A stretch of 64,000 nt of DNA from Elusimicrobiota bacterium (GCA_043813605.1 JBDRKX010000047.1:53539-117538); one strand, 5' to 3'. Numbered from the stretch's first letter, positions 15,301-30,300 are shown. The notes: generated by a model from the letters alone, not told the origin. Program-made: numbers and translations.

Positions 15301-18300
15301 TATTTGGGCAGTTTCTCAATAACGGCAACGGTGTTCCGCAGCCTTTTCAGGGCTTCTTCTTCTGTTATACTGCCGCTCTTCCATTCCATGACAGCAGTTA
15401 AAATATTTAATCCGATATTTGTAGGAGATGTCCTATGGTCTATTTTACTTCTGGCTTTCATAATCACATTGATTTTATTTTCCGCCCAGTTTCTTGTCAC
15501 AGGCAGCTTTGTAATAAAACTCAGTATCCGGATTTTAAGTTTATCACTGCCGGATAAGTTTAAGATAACATTATCCGGCGTCAGGAAATCGACGCAGGTC
15601 TCGTTAAGAGACCCTGTTTCAGGATCTACTTCACTTATGCCGGTCTTCGGATCGATCTCGGCAGGCAGTTTTTTAATATCTTCAAAAGTTGCATTGGCAA
15701 AAAGGTTATGATACCTGAAAGCCTCATTTAGTATTTCCTGATATGATCTGCGGCCGGCACGGCTCAACTCCGGTATTTTTCTCCCGGCTTTCTCAGGCAA
15801 AGACGGGATCGCAGTAACTGAGGCAGGTTCTTTTTCAGAAATTATGACTGTTTCAGGTATCTTAAATTCCTTCCCATCTCTTGTCCTGAATTTGGCCTGA
15901 TTTATTATTCTAACAGCGCTCTCCGGGCCGCCGCCGATTGTTATCGGCGCATCATCTTCATCACCTACGGATATTGCTCCCTCCAGGTTCAATATACGCC
16001 CGTCATTTCCAAACCCGTTTAAATATTTATCTGCTATGATTAAAATATTCTTATCACGGAGATCAGACAGATTATTTCTTTTCTCAACTGCTGCTTTAAA
16101 AACTTTAAAAGCTTCCAGTTTATCTGAAGTACAAATGTCCAGATTCTGATCTTGTGAAATATATATTTTTAAATCGTTTATCCCTTCAAGCTCTAACTCA
16201 TAACTCATTACATCTAAAGTCAATTTGTTGACGATACTTCTAAACTCCGTTAGAGTTAAGCCGGTTCCCCGTTCTAAATATTCTTTAATTTTGATGTTAC
16301 CTTTCAGGCTGAAAGGAACTTTGGTTTTATCTATGATTTGCTGTATTCTATTAACCTCATCTATACTAACTGTATCAATAAAGCCTCCAATCAAACTTAT
16401 ATTATATTTATTCCCTTCTTCTTCTTCTGCAGTTAACTCATACTTCGTTATTAAATTATTTATATACTTGACATCATTTTCTTTAAATTTTATATTTTCA
16501 ACGTGACCGTTATTTTCCAGTCTTGAACCATTAGAAGTGAAAATATAAAGATTCGCCCTGTCTCCCGTAATATACGGCAGTATATTTTTCCTGAGTGATT
16601 TTATTCCCCTGCCTGAGGCCAGCGCCACAGGTATTCCCATATTGAGAAGAATAGAGATTACATCTGCTATTTCTTTTGAAATCCCGGGAGTTAAAGTCAA
16701 AGTCCCATCTACATCGAAAAAAGCTCCGTGTTTGACCGCTTTTAAGGAATCCTCAAGCAGATTTACAGCGGGTTTTTCTTTTGCCGGTTTGACGAGTTTC
16801 ACGCCGAATTCTCTTTCTATATCTTCAAGCGTTATCCTGGCAGCTGCGCAGTTCGCTTCGCCTGCCCCGTAAGTTATGTGGAATATATTGTCATTTTTAT
16901 TAAAAACGGCTGTCGGATAAACCTGTTTCAGATCCAATTTCAGTAAACCCTTGAACCGTTTATATTTGGAATACCCGTAGATGCCTATAGCTTCAGCTAT
17001 TTCAGTATCTTTTGAGGGATATAGCAGCGGTTTTGGCTGGCCTACAAGCTTCAGGTTTTCATCAAAACCGGCCACCTCAGTAATATATACCCGATCGATT
17101 TCTCCGGCTTCCTTTTCATAAAACGCACGGTGAAGAAACATAAGATATTTTATTTTCCTTCCCTCAACAGGTATGAGCGGCGAGCCGCTTCCTACCCATT
17201 GGCCGTCAGGCGCATATATAACCGTATCTTTATCAAGGTTGAAACTATCCCAGAATTCAGCTCTTATTTTTTCATCAGTGATCAGATCTATCAGTTTTTC
17301 CGCGGAACCGATCTTTGTTATCTGTATGTCAGGTTTTATTCTGTGAATAAGTATAATGTTCCCGTCTTCCATCTGCTGGACTACGGCATTTTTGTGGTAA
17401 TAATCATTAAATCTGCTGCTCCCTATCGGCCCCTGATACTCAAATGTCTTCAGATCTCTGCTGAGAGCTACTGCCGGCCCTAATAGCTCATCCCATCCTG
17501 TTTCGGCATTACGTTCCACTTCGACATAAGTTACACACCACCATTTTTCACCTTTTATGGTTATTTGCGTTAGTCTCGGATTTTCAAAACTCCTGATCCT
17601 GCCACCTACAATTTCATCGTCAGCGGATATAAGCACCCTTAATGACTTTTTATCTACCTCGTATTCAGAAGTATCGCTGTTATAGGTGACATCGCCTATC
17701 CCTATAACGGAAGAAGTATCCTCATACCACGCTCTGAACACGATTTTATCATCTTCTATGTGCGGGTTTATTACACCCAGTATTTTACCTCTGGCGCTAA
17801 ATTCTGGGATGTCTTTTATATCATCTAATCCAAGTATTATCTCTTCACCGGGTTCTTTACCGTACCGTTCAGTATGGAATTTCTCTTCCATCTTCTTCAG
17901 GGTATCCTTATCCGTTACCCCGTAACGGCCATTGATAAATGCTCTTGCAATTGTCCTTATTTTTTGTAATAACCTGCTTATTGCCGGTTTCGGATAAAAT
18001 GTGATCCTCTCCTCAGGCATGATTATACGCTTCACGACTTGAGGCTTTTCGGCTTCAGCCCGCTTAATATCAATGGTTTCGATCACACTTTCAAGATGCA
18101 GTGAATGTTTACTGTTTAAATCGACAAGATAATCCCTTACATTATCTATATTATCCGCGACGACTATTCCTTTCTGCAATATGGTATAAAGAAATTCTGC
18201 TGATAAACTGTGCTCGTTTAATTCATGTTCGACCGCAGACAACAGTTTTACAGCATTTATGATATTTTGCTCAGGATAATCTTTGAATATTCCATCGATC

Positions 18301-21300
18301 TTTTCATCAGTTATTCCCAATTCCTGTAATTTATAACTTACTGCATATCGTTCATCTACATCAACTTTCAATTCTCTGATAATGTCATACATCGAGACCC
18401 TTGCCGCAGCGCAGTGAATATCTCCCGCGCCATAAAAGATATGAAGGACACCGTCTTTTACATAGCCTTCCGGAAAAGTATTCTCCAGATCAAGCATGTT
18501 TCTTGATTTAAATGCTTTATAAGCTTCGTATCCGAACAGACCGATAGTATCTGCCATTTCATAATCTTCTTGCGGAACAATAAATGCTTTAGGCTTGCCA
18601 ATTAATTGTAAATCTTTGTCAAGGCCGACAATTTCCCCTACATACCGGCGCCTTTGCTCTCCCTCTTCTTCTACTCTGAATGCCCGGTGAAGTGTAAAGA
18701 GATACTTTACATTGCCAAAATTATTTACAGGGATCAGTTGTGATCCGCCTCCCAGCCACTGTCCTTCAGGCGCTGTTAGAATTGCATCTTTGTCAGCATC
18801 AAAGCCTTTCCAGAATTTATTTCTATAATCTTCATCATGCATTAAACGATATACATCCTGAATAGAACCTATTTTCGTTATCTGAATGGCCGGTTTCAGC
18901 CTGTGTATCAGGACTATGGTTCCGTCATCAAGCTGCTGGAGGATACCGTCTTTGTGGTCCCTCTTTGAATAATAAGGGGCGCCTGTCCCAAGCACTCCAC
19001 GGTCATCAATCGTTTTTAAATCACTGCTTAGCGCTATCGCCGGGCGTACGGACCATTTACCCTCTAACTTTACCGCTTCGGTATATGTAACACACCATTT
19101 CCCGTCGATTTTAGTTAAACGCGGATCTTCACAAGAAAATGATTTAAAACCATATTTGTCTGCATCTTTTGGTGATATAAGCATCCGTATCGAGCCTTTT
19201 ATTATCTCGAACTCTTTGAGTTCCTTGTTGTAATCGAGGTCAGCAGCGCCTATTGAGGATACTCCGTTCGCATACCAGACACGGAAAACTATTTTATCGT
19301 CCAATACACCCGGATTAAATACACCGATTATTTTGCTCTTGATATCAAAATCAGGAAGCGATTCGATATCTTTTATACTAAGTACCAGTTTTGAATATCT
19401 TTCCGTATTGAAAGATTCTTCCGATTCTTCCAGCTTCTGTCTGTCCGTTACCCCGTATTCAATAGTTGTTTCTTCGATCATCTCAGCGACTACGGCAGGT
19501 TTTTCAATTGAAGCAACAAGATCTGCTATTATCGAACTCTGCTCGGCACCTGATATTTTTTCGAGCATTATTCCCGTGATATCTCTTCCTTCTAATACAA
19601 GGTAGCCCCTGTTATCACCATAGTGCTCGGCATGTCCGACATCCACATTGATTATCAGCTTATTCTTTTCATCATAGACTCTTATCCTATCCCCGATTTC
19701 AGACAAGGGCGGCGTATGGGCAACTATCTGCTTCAGCTCCGCAATTCCAAAATAGGTTACAATATCCCCGTTGTAATCCGCCCAGAATAAGCCGCCAGTT
19801 CCGCGTCCGCCCCGTGACTCACCCTGATTGAAAATATGATCCCTATAGCTGGCTTGCTCTATTCCGGCCTTGAAGCGTTCATTAAATTCTTCGTTTAATT
19901 CAGATGCCGGACGGCCTTGTGATAATTCATTGACCACTCCACCGTGCGCGAATATCATGCCGCCGGCATAATACGTTGCCTGCAGCCTGTCATATGCAAT
20001 ATCATCAAGCATATCAGCCAGCATACCTTTAATAACAGGATGGTCAGCTAATGCCTTAAACTCCTGTTCATCCTTAACAGATTTAATTCCTATGCTTTTT
20101 ACCAATCGATCACCGCCGTCAGCGAAGAAGGCAGGGGCGTAGTTATAATATCTGTTAAACAATTCCTGTTCTGCATCAAAATTAAAGGATGCCTGCAATT
20201 CCATGTTCATCTTATGGAACGCTTGAATAAACTCCAGCTCGTGGTTGCCGAGCAGTCTTACTACCTTTCCGCCCTTTGCTTCGGCTTTTTCCTGGAGATC
20301 CCTTATAAATTTAACCGCCTTGATACCATCCGGACCGCGGCCTATCATATCTCCCATCTGAACCAGTACAGTATCACCGCCGATCCAGTTATCTTTATCA
20401 TCTATCAGACCTGCGTCTCTAAGGTCATGCTTAAAGGCATCTAACGAACCTTCAATATCGCCGATAACGACATGCCTTCTATCAACAGCTTCATCCATCG
20501 TCGCTATACTGCGCGTGTCACCTCGGGTCCAGCCTTCCCGGGCGTTTTCTAATTGAATTCTTTTTGCTTGAACGTCTTCCCTTGTTATAGTGCCGGCGGT
20601 TTCAACCGGTTCTCTGAAATATGGTTCTGATATTTCAGGTATAAAATCCGCATATTTATCACCTAATATCAGTCTGGTTAATGCATAATCACTGCCCAGC
20701 ACTTCCCATAACTTAAGTACTGACTCCTTTGTAACTTTCTTATAATCAATAAGATCTAATTTATTGGAAGCAAAAGGCCAGTCTCCTTCATTAAGATAAG
20801 AGACAGGCAGGATAAAAATTCCTAAATTTTCATATTCGCGGCCGCCTTTTTGAATAAATTGATCCTCAGCTATACTTACTATTGCCGGCATACCGTAGAT
20901 ATCAGCAATAACAAACCTATGCATAGATCCCCCATCTCCAATAGCAGATGACTGATCAGGATAAATCTTTCCGCCTACACGCCTATCGTCATCTATATCA
21001 ACTACAACAGTAGTAAAACCTTTACCACTCAGTATTTTATTGACCTCATTGGCATACTTCTCGCAAACAGCCGGATATTCGATGGAACTTCTATAGCCCG
21101 TCAATTTTACTTCTTTCTCTGATTTTTCTTTCTGTATTGCCAGAAGGCCCATAACTTCTTTGATTTTGGATATACGTTCAGTATTCAGACTATTGCCTGT
21201 TATCTTTTCATATATATCTATGAACTTTTCCAGATCCATATTGGAATATAAATGATACACATAAGTTTCTTTTCTAACTATATCCTGGGCTAATCTAATT

Positions 21301-24300
21301 AATTCTTTCTGAATAGGTGTCTCTAATATTTTTTCATGTGCATCATCAAAGGAAAGGCCTTCTTGAAGGAGTTTCTGGAGGGTAAGTTCGCGCTCTATAA
21401 GAGCGTTAATCATTTTAATAACGGGCTTATTCCCATGCTCTCCGTATAACGCGGCAAACAATTTCTCATGGATTACCAGCATACCTTTGCCTGTCTTGTA
21501 ATCCATATCCAGCCAAGCCAGCATAAACAAGCCTTTATTTCTTATCAGCCTGTCGTCTGCTATTACCTTTACATCAATACCTTCCGGTATACCCAATAAT
21601 TCCAGAAGCTCTTTGTCAGCATTAAATTTTCTCTTTAAATCTTTTATACCGTCTTTTTCAAAGTCTTCCAGTTCCATCAGTTTTATTTCCTTTTTGGAAA
21701 GATATATATTGAGCAATATTTCAAATAGTTTATATATTGATATCCCCTGCAGCATTCCCGGCAGTTCAGGAATCTGTCTTTCAGTTATATCAACTCCAAA
21801 CTGTTTCAGTACTACAAGCGCTTCACTGAAAGGCGATGCCTTTACCAGCAACTTAACCATATCTGAAAGTGTACCTATATGCAGCATACTGATTTTTGCG
21901 ATCCCGGCTGCTGTCATCTCTTTCCTGCCTTTATCTATAACATCAGATTCAACAGTCTCGGTAATCAAACCGGCGGCCGCCTGATCAAGGAATACATTGA
22001 ACGAAGAATGGTTTTGAAAAGCGGTGGCCGGGACTTCGTGTGTTATCTCGCCGAGGATAGTCTTCTGAATAGCAACTGCTTTGCCTTCACCACTTGCAAG
22101 AAGCATTATTTCCCGGGAAGCGATAATATCCGCTATGCCCATGGTCAGAGCCTGCCTCGGAACGTCTTCTTTCCTTTTAAAGAATCTGGAGTTTGCCTCT
22201 CTTGTCTCTGGATGCAGATCGGTAATATGCGTAGATATAGCCGGGTCTGTACCGGGTTCATTGAAGGCGATATGACCGTTATTCCCTATACCGAGTATCG
22301 CTATATCTATACCTCCGGCATCCTTTATTGCCTCCCTGTACCTCGATATCTCCCCATTGATATCCGGAGCAATACCATTAAGGAAATTTATATTCTCTTT
22401 TTTTAGACCGTGGTGGTAAAGATGACTGAACAATTTTTCTTCCATGAAGAACCTGTAACTCTGGGAATGGTTTATAAGGTCTTCATAATAATTCGGGAAT
22501 ATATACTCATCCAGGTTAAAAGTAATAACTTTTGACCAGTCTACTTCGGCACCCTTGTTTATAAGTACTTTATACATGCCCTCCGGGGTAGAACCGGTCG
22601 CGAAGCATACTGTAGCTCTTCCCTTTTCTGCTATTTTCCTATTTATTAAATTAATAAGTTTGGCGGCTGCCTTTTCACTCATTTGATCATAGTCGGCAGA
22701 TAGTTGAATATTAAATCCTGCCGGAGGCTCATATTTATCCAGGAATGCAGCCATTATCATCTCAGGAGTCTCTAATTTTTCGATCTCATTGATAATCCAG
22801 CTTGCTTTAGCACCATACATATTCGTGAAAGACTGATTAAACGTATTTTTCTTGCTAAGAAGAACAGTTTCTCCTCTCTTTTCTACTTTTGTATCATCTC
22901 CTGATCGAAGAATCTCTAAATAATCGTGAGCATCCCGGATAAATCCGACAGCTGCTTCTTCTCCCATAACTTCTTTTATCCCGTTAAATATAGCTTTCAT
23001 AGAAAGTGAATTATCATAAATCATCAATTTGCTTAATACTACGAGTATCTCGAAAGGAGGATATCTCCTGGCAAGATCTATATCAAAAACTTTTAATACT
23101 CTTTCACCATCTCTTGAAACATAACCTAGATTCTCGAATTTAACATCTATAGGAAATTCAAAGCTATAACCGTTATATATTCCGGTTTGTTTCCATGTAT
23201 CCCGGTTAATTCTGCACGCTTCCAGATATGTTTTAACAGCATCGGTTAAAACCAGATACGCCTTATCTTCGCTGAGTCCTTCAAAATCTATACGTTCGGC
23301 ATATTCTTCAGTACTTATTATTAGGCTGTCTGTTCCATCGGAAGAGGTTACATTGTTTCTTGAAATAGCGATTTTTACCGCATTTTCACTCCTTGGCCAT
23401 ATTAAGAAGGTATCACCATAAAACGGATCTTTATCGTGCAAATCATCCCTGAATAATTCTGTTCCTTTGGAACTCTGTGTTTTAAGTACAAATACATATC
23501 TCTTGTTAACAGTAACTTTGTATGCTTTTTTAAAGTTCCCTTCGCCGATATATTCGACATTTACATCCTGTATTTTTTCCAATATGGATTCGTTGTAGAG
23601 TTTTGATACTGTATCTTCAATTATCCATGGATTACTGTTAATAATATCCATGCCCGGTTCTGATTCTTTTTCAAGTTCCGCGTCTGCCAATATAACTTCT
23701 TTACCAACAATCGGCTTTTTACCTACCAACTTACGGAGAATCTTTTTATCCGGTATTAAGTCAAACCATGGATTTCGTTGTATAACAGCGCCTATAATAA
23801 AATGCTCTTTATTTACAATCTTGTTCCTGTAAGTGTTTCTATCGATAAAAACAGGCGTCCTGCTCTTCACTACCGACCCGGTATCGATAAGATATGCTTT
23901 AAGCTCGCCGCCTTTTATGCGGCCGATCATGATATTATTAGGATTCAGATCTGTTAAATATTTATTATCTATTAATTCATTTATCAATTGCCTTATCAAT
24001 TCCAGTTCTTTTGAAGTCAGTTTATCGTATTCAGCGACGCTCGTGCCTTCGACCTTTTCGGAAACCATGTATCCCAGTTCATTATTTATACCGAACCGAC
24101 CGAATGCTGAAGGTTTCTGGCTTAATCCTGAATCAGAGAGTTCCGCCATCATCTTATATTCATGTTCCATACTGACAGTACTGGCCCTGATTATTTTGAT
24201 AACCTGTTCATTATCAAACGGATGGATGAATACGGCGCCGTTCCCGCCTTCCGCGAGGAATTTTGCTTCTCTTACTTCACCGTTGATCTCTACTTTGAGT

Positions 24301-27300
24301 TCATTCTTCGCCTGTTCATAGACAAGTCTGAATTCTTCAGCAGGTTTTACCTTTTCTATTGCTTCATAATGCCTTAATAAAACATCGCGTCTTGCCAGGA
24401 TCCCATTAATTTCCCGGTCAGTTAAATAAGCCGTAAGGGAGGTAAGTACCTCACGGTTCAAGCCTCTTAATTTCTCTATAATCTCTTCGTTAAACTCGAT
24501 AACTTCTAAAGAAGGTGGAAGTAAACTTGGTCTAGTGAAACTTTCGCCATTATCAATAGCGATCAGGTTATTTTCGGAATCGATCAATATGTTCTCCCCA
24601 TGCCAATCCATAATATTTCCAAGATAATCCAGTATAAACAGTGCGTTTAACTGTTTTTTACGGTTTAGATCTTTTGTTTTTTGTGCTTCTCTGTAATACG
24701 TTCTGTCGTATTTAGTAAACAATGCCGAAAAAATACCACTCAATATACTGGAATGCGGCCGGGTATTGTCGATCCATAATTCAACTGTAACTTCTTGGAG
24801 CTCTCCGTTGATCTCTATATCTCTCAGTTCTACAGGCGGAACATTTGTAAAGCCCAGTATTCTTGATAACCTGTAGACAGCAGCAGAATACCTCGGCAGA
24901 GACCTGGCATCTATGGTATCTACTGGTTTTATCAGGACTTCATATCCGCTCTCTGTTATTGCAGTATAGTGTTGGCCAAAAGAAGCTAATCTTTTCAGTA
25001 GAGGGAATTTAGTTATATTCAATATCTTTTCATTTTTCAGAGACTTACCTATATCTTCAAAAGGTATGTTCGTTATATTTCCTATTGTTTTAGATATTAC
25101 GCGCTTTTTGTCATTAATATCCGAAAAACTCCCTCTAAAATATGTTTTCCTGAAATTACGCTGAAAATGCTTTAAATACTTTTTCTGTTTTCTTATCTGG
25201 GATCTTGTCAGGCGTTTGAAAGTATCAGGATAAACAGTAAATACTTCACCAGTTGTCTTATAATCGACAATATTCAGTAGAGACTTATGATGGAATTCTA
25301 CCGAATCAAGTGTAGAAGTAAACTGAAAGGCCTTATATCCCCGTTCACTGAGATTCGCCAACAGTGTCTCAGTAAGGAATGTACCCCGGCCTTTTATACC
25401 GTCCTTTACTGTAGCCACATATATACCGTCAGCCTTTTGACCATCAGCATCCGTTATAACCGGCTCCCACGCTCTGAATCCGGTTACATGCCCGTTATTA
25501 TCTATCAGTACCATCTGGTTCATTATCCGCCAGATCCGGTTATTGTCTATGCTGATATCATTCAGTATATAATCCGCCGCCATATACTTATATTCACTAA
25601 AAGAATCTGTTAGGTGATCTGTGCCGTATTTAGAAAACGCCTCTGACAGATCTACTATACTGCCCAGTTTTTCATCTTTCGCTACAGTAAACTCCTTGAC
25701 CAGAAGATCCGTCATGATATAATTTTTCAGTTCCAGAAGCCTGTTTAAGCGAGAAGGAGACTCAGTACTGTCTCTTTTGTCTTCCACAATATCCAGCACC
25801 CTGATACCGGATTCCGGCCTGATACCCAGTCTGTCATATTGTTCTTTTATACTTTCAACATCGAAAAGATCATCTTCAATTGATCTTATCAGCTCAGCAA
25901 ATTCCTTTTCAGAAACTTCGGAAGGTTTACCTTTATCTTTGAATATGGTCTTTAAGCCCGGATATATATCGGATATCCATTCATTATCCCCTGTTATTCC
26001 CATAAACCTGTATATGACCATCTTCAAGGTCTGGTATGCTATATTCATTGCCCAGGTAAATGAGAAATTCCTGTTATTCAGTTCTTCCAGCGCGACAGAG
26101 TATTTTCTTGTCCATTCTGTCCGGGTGCCCCGCTGCATCGATGTTCCTGCGCCCCTTACGGACGGCAAGATTCCTATTATACCGGGTTTACTGTATTTAT
26201 ATATTTCCCCATATTCATCCCAGAGGTCACTTTCAAGAAGCGGCCTGGGCCCGAATAACGACATGTCTCCTCTAAGTACTGCGAATACCTGCGGTACCTC
26301 GTCAAGAATAGTCTGGCGGAGTTTCATCCCGAACCAGCCCACATGTTTATCCGGTTCCCGCATTGTCCTCAGTTTATAGACATTGAACGGTTTTCCCTGG
26401 TATCCGATCCTTTCCTGCATGAACACCGGTGTACTTCGTGTTTCTATCGCCACGATCGGTGAAATAAAAGTAATAAAAACTATTGCCGGTATCAAAAAGA
26501 GAGACGATATGACAATATCCATTATTCTTACGGATCTCGATCCTGCGATATTTTTACGGGGTTTCTGTATTAGCAATTGAGCCAGATCAGTTACATTATC
26601 CAGTATCGCTTCTTCTATCTTAGCAGGCAGGTTTATCCGCACTGCATCAGTTCTCTCTGCATCCAGCAGTCTTACCGGATTATCGAGCATCAGCCTTTCG
26701 GTGAGCAATACTACAAGCAGCTCTTCAACAAATACTGAGTCATCACTATATTCTTTCCCATAATTGTTTATAAAATATCTTTTAAGCTGTTCGAAATCTT
26801 TTATCTGTGTATCTTCATATATCCCGGGATCTTTTAATTTTGCGAGTATATTCGCTAAATCTTCTTTATACTGCTCGGCGGTTTCTGCCGTAGTTTCCTT
26901 TGCCGGTTCAGTAATGATCTCTACCAGCTGCTTTTTCCTGCCGGTAATAACATTAAACATCGATCTGGCATTACTTACAGTATGGAGTAGGATCGGAGCC
27001 CATACCGTGCCCGTTATATACATGGATAATGCGTATACAAAAGAATCTCCCATAATATAGAAAAGCATATCTTTATCCGGTACTCTCTCCTGGTCTACAT
27101 GTTTCTTAGCAAACCACCAGGAACTCGCAAGACCCGTAATAAGTAATGCAGGTATCTCTCCTATATACGGCGTAAGCAGCGTAAACGGCAGATAGAATGT
27201 CACTCCCCTGTGATATATCTCTTCCCAGACAGGCGTGACAATGACCCTTATCCTCATCCATACGGAATCTAGCATTTCTCTGCGTATTTCAGGTTGATAA

Positions 27301-30300
27301 ACAGTGAGTTTTTCTCCAGCTATGGCAGGTTTACGATTCAATATGTAGTTTATATATACATTCTGCCAAACCAGAACAATGATATAGAACAATGGGAACA
27401 AGAGTATTTTATAATCATATTCAAGTATACCGGGAGCTATGACATAAGCAAGCATAAGAGCAGCCCCGCTCTTTATACCAACACCTAAACTACCCACAAA
27501 AGACATCTCTCTTTTGCTGTTTATATAATTTCTAAATACATTCTTAAGCAGGTTTTCTTCTCCGAAGACCTTCCTCTGGATACCAAGGTATATATCCCTG
27601 TGGTCTTCATAATCCTTTTCGCCAAAAACAGCTGAATATGCTTCGTGAAAAAGTATCTCGTCAAGATACTTCTGATACGTAGAATCGGTTATAAAATCTC
27701 TTGCTATGGCTATTTCGGCGGAATTCGCGTATGCGAGCATGTAATCTTCCCTGCCCTTTACTACCGCGTCAAATGCTACTATATCACCCCGCGCAAAATA
27801 TTCTTCCAGCCTGGCAAGTACAAGCTGCATCTTTTCATCACCCGCAAGTCCGGCACGGTCTATCTTTTCCTTCAATTCGTCCAGTTTTCTCCGGATAAGC
27901 ATTTCTCCTGCACTGTTCAGTTTGACCGTTTCTACCTTTCCTGCTTCTTCAAGCGATCTGCCTTTACCTATAGCGCCGCCGACAGCAAGTACAGGAACCG
28001 CTTTAGCTTCCAATGCCCTGTAAATATCTTTCAGTTCGGTTTCAAGGGATTCTTTTATATTCTGTAAATATTCTTTTGCAGATAACGGCTTGTTTTTTAT
28101 AGCTCTTTTTTCTTTGCTCGGCAGTGTTGTATCAGGTGAATCTGTGATATCAGTACTGTCTCTGGATTCATAACCCCTCATCCTGATACCCTCGGGGCCT
28201 ATAAGCGCATAGGCGCCCTGTCTGTCAAATTTTTCAGACATACCTTTATCTACTCCGAAATGCGCGTATTTCTTATCTTTGACCATAAAAGGAAGGTTAA
28301 GTTTTATCAGCGTATTGTGACCGGTAAACCAGTGTAGGACACCCAGTCTGGACTGTATATCGGCTATACCTATTTTCTTTATATAATAGTTTACGTGGTT
28401 GGGCTTGATCTTTATTATCTTATCCGCATACCAGGAATATACCCTGTCGAGCGCCGGCCATCTTTCCCTGAGACTCCTGCCCGGAGCTCTAAGATCGGAT
28501 GATATGATATCAAACCCTTTAAATAGATTTTTCCCTTTATATTCTTTGCCTTTATATTCAACAATTATATCTGCTCTGTTTTTTCCTGCGGTCTGGACAG
28601 GGAACCAGCTGTGTGTTACCAGGTTACCGTAGATATCTTTAGAATACAGGCTAAAATTCCGGCGGGTATATTCTGACATGGCCTGCAAGGTATGGCTTCT
28701 CAGATAGTTTGCCTGGGTGACTTTTTCGCCTTTAAACTCTCTCCGGTCTTTATTTATCAGTTCGATATCGGTATCCGGATCTTCGATCATACTGTTAAGT
28801 TCTTTAATAACGGATTCTCCCCATCCCTCATGGCTTGACCAGTCTTTGAACCACCATTCGGTAGATTCGTAGGCCTGTGTGTTTATCGATTCGAATACCC
28901 TGTACCACCACTGTTCTTTTCCGCCGGACTTTTTGTCTTTTACCGCAATATCCCGTCTTTTTTCAACTATCCCGGCAAGCTGTCCGGCAAGAGCCACTGC
29001 ACCGTCCCAGGCATCCAGCTCGGTATTATCAGAGATCCAGATGCCCCGTCGGGCCTCCCTGCCTTTCATCAGTTCGCTGTGTATCCTGTGCCACCACTCG
29101 GGGGATGTCTTACCTACACCGTTTAATCCGACAAACGGTGACGGAACCTTTATCCTTTCGAAATTTCCAAGAAATTCTTCCCATATATCCTTCTGCTGGC
29201 CTGTCCAGCGTTTTTTATGTTTATTATGGAGTCTTATATATTCTTTTCTGATATCTCCTATTTTTCCGTCGAGTACTTCCTCCTGGAACCTGTTCTGTTC
29301 ATCATTGTATTCAGCCAGTCGGGCCGCCCACCATAACATGTTTTCGCGTTCCGCTTCTTCTCCCGCATAATTCTCAGTATTTCTGTTTCTTCTAACCAGT
29401 TCTTCTGCTACACTGTCGCCGTGGAAATCAAAACCTTTATACCACGGCAGATGCCCGCCTTCCATATTACCGTGCACCAGGAGACAATGGTTGCCCGGCA
29501 CATAATCGACCTTCTCTTTTCCCGCTTCGTCCAGTTCCATGGCAAGCAGAGTGCACTTTATACCGTGAGCGCCCCTGTCAATATAATCACCATTTAAAAT
29601 TATCTTTGCGTTTATATCATCGAACGATACTCCCTGTTCTTCCAGCTGTTCTGCCAGCGGCACCACCCCGTATTCGATCATCACTTTTTTGCCCGTGAGC
29701 TTGGACAGCGCGTCACTCAAAAGCGAATTAAACCTGTCGATATCTCCGTGAAAATCCGATATAACCACGGTCTTGGGCAGATTACCTGTACCCGGTTCAG
29801 CCAGTTCTTTGTCTATCTCTCTACGCAGTTCATTGATCTGGGCAATACGTCTCGCTTCAAAAAAGATACTATAGATAAAAGGATCAGTAGAGCTCCAGTT
29901 TTCTTCCATGACATTATCTATCATTTCACGTATACCAGGAGTCTCTATCCTGAGATATTTATCGCTTATCCTGCCGACCGTCTTGTCTATCGGCACGTTT
30001 TTACTTATACGGTCATATATGAAAGGGCCGATCGTACTGTTATAGAACGCGGCAGAATCAGCTTCAGATAATGCCAGTAAAGCCTTGTAATAGTGGCTGT
30101 CTTCCGATACCCGTGCTAACATTTCCGTTCCGGCAAGACTTACAGTACCTAATCCGGCGTCATGATGTTCGATCAGAAACATCATATCTTTTCTCACTTC
30201 TTCCGGTATAATTCCTTGAAGCAGATAATCAGCATAGCGGGCACTGTTACGCGGGTGCAATAGTTTTTTTCTTACCTCTTCATCGAGATTGTTGTCAGAT

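Noticed and set aside
21879-22406. + strand 175-aa ORF that looks respectably long
   Set aside because: It is exactly antisense to the well-supported NagB-like domain on the minus strand.
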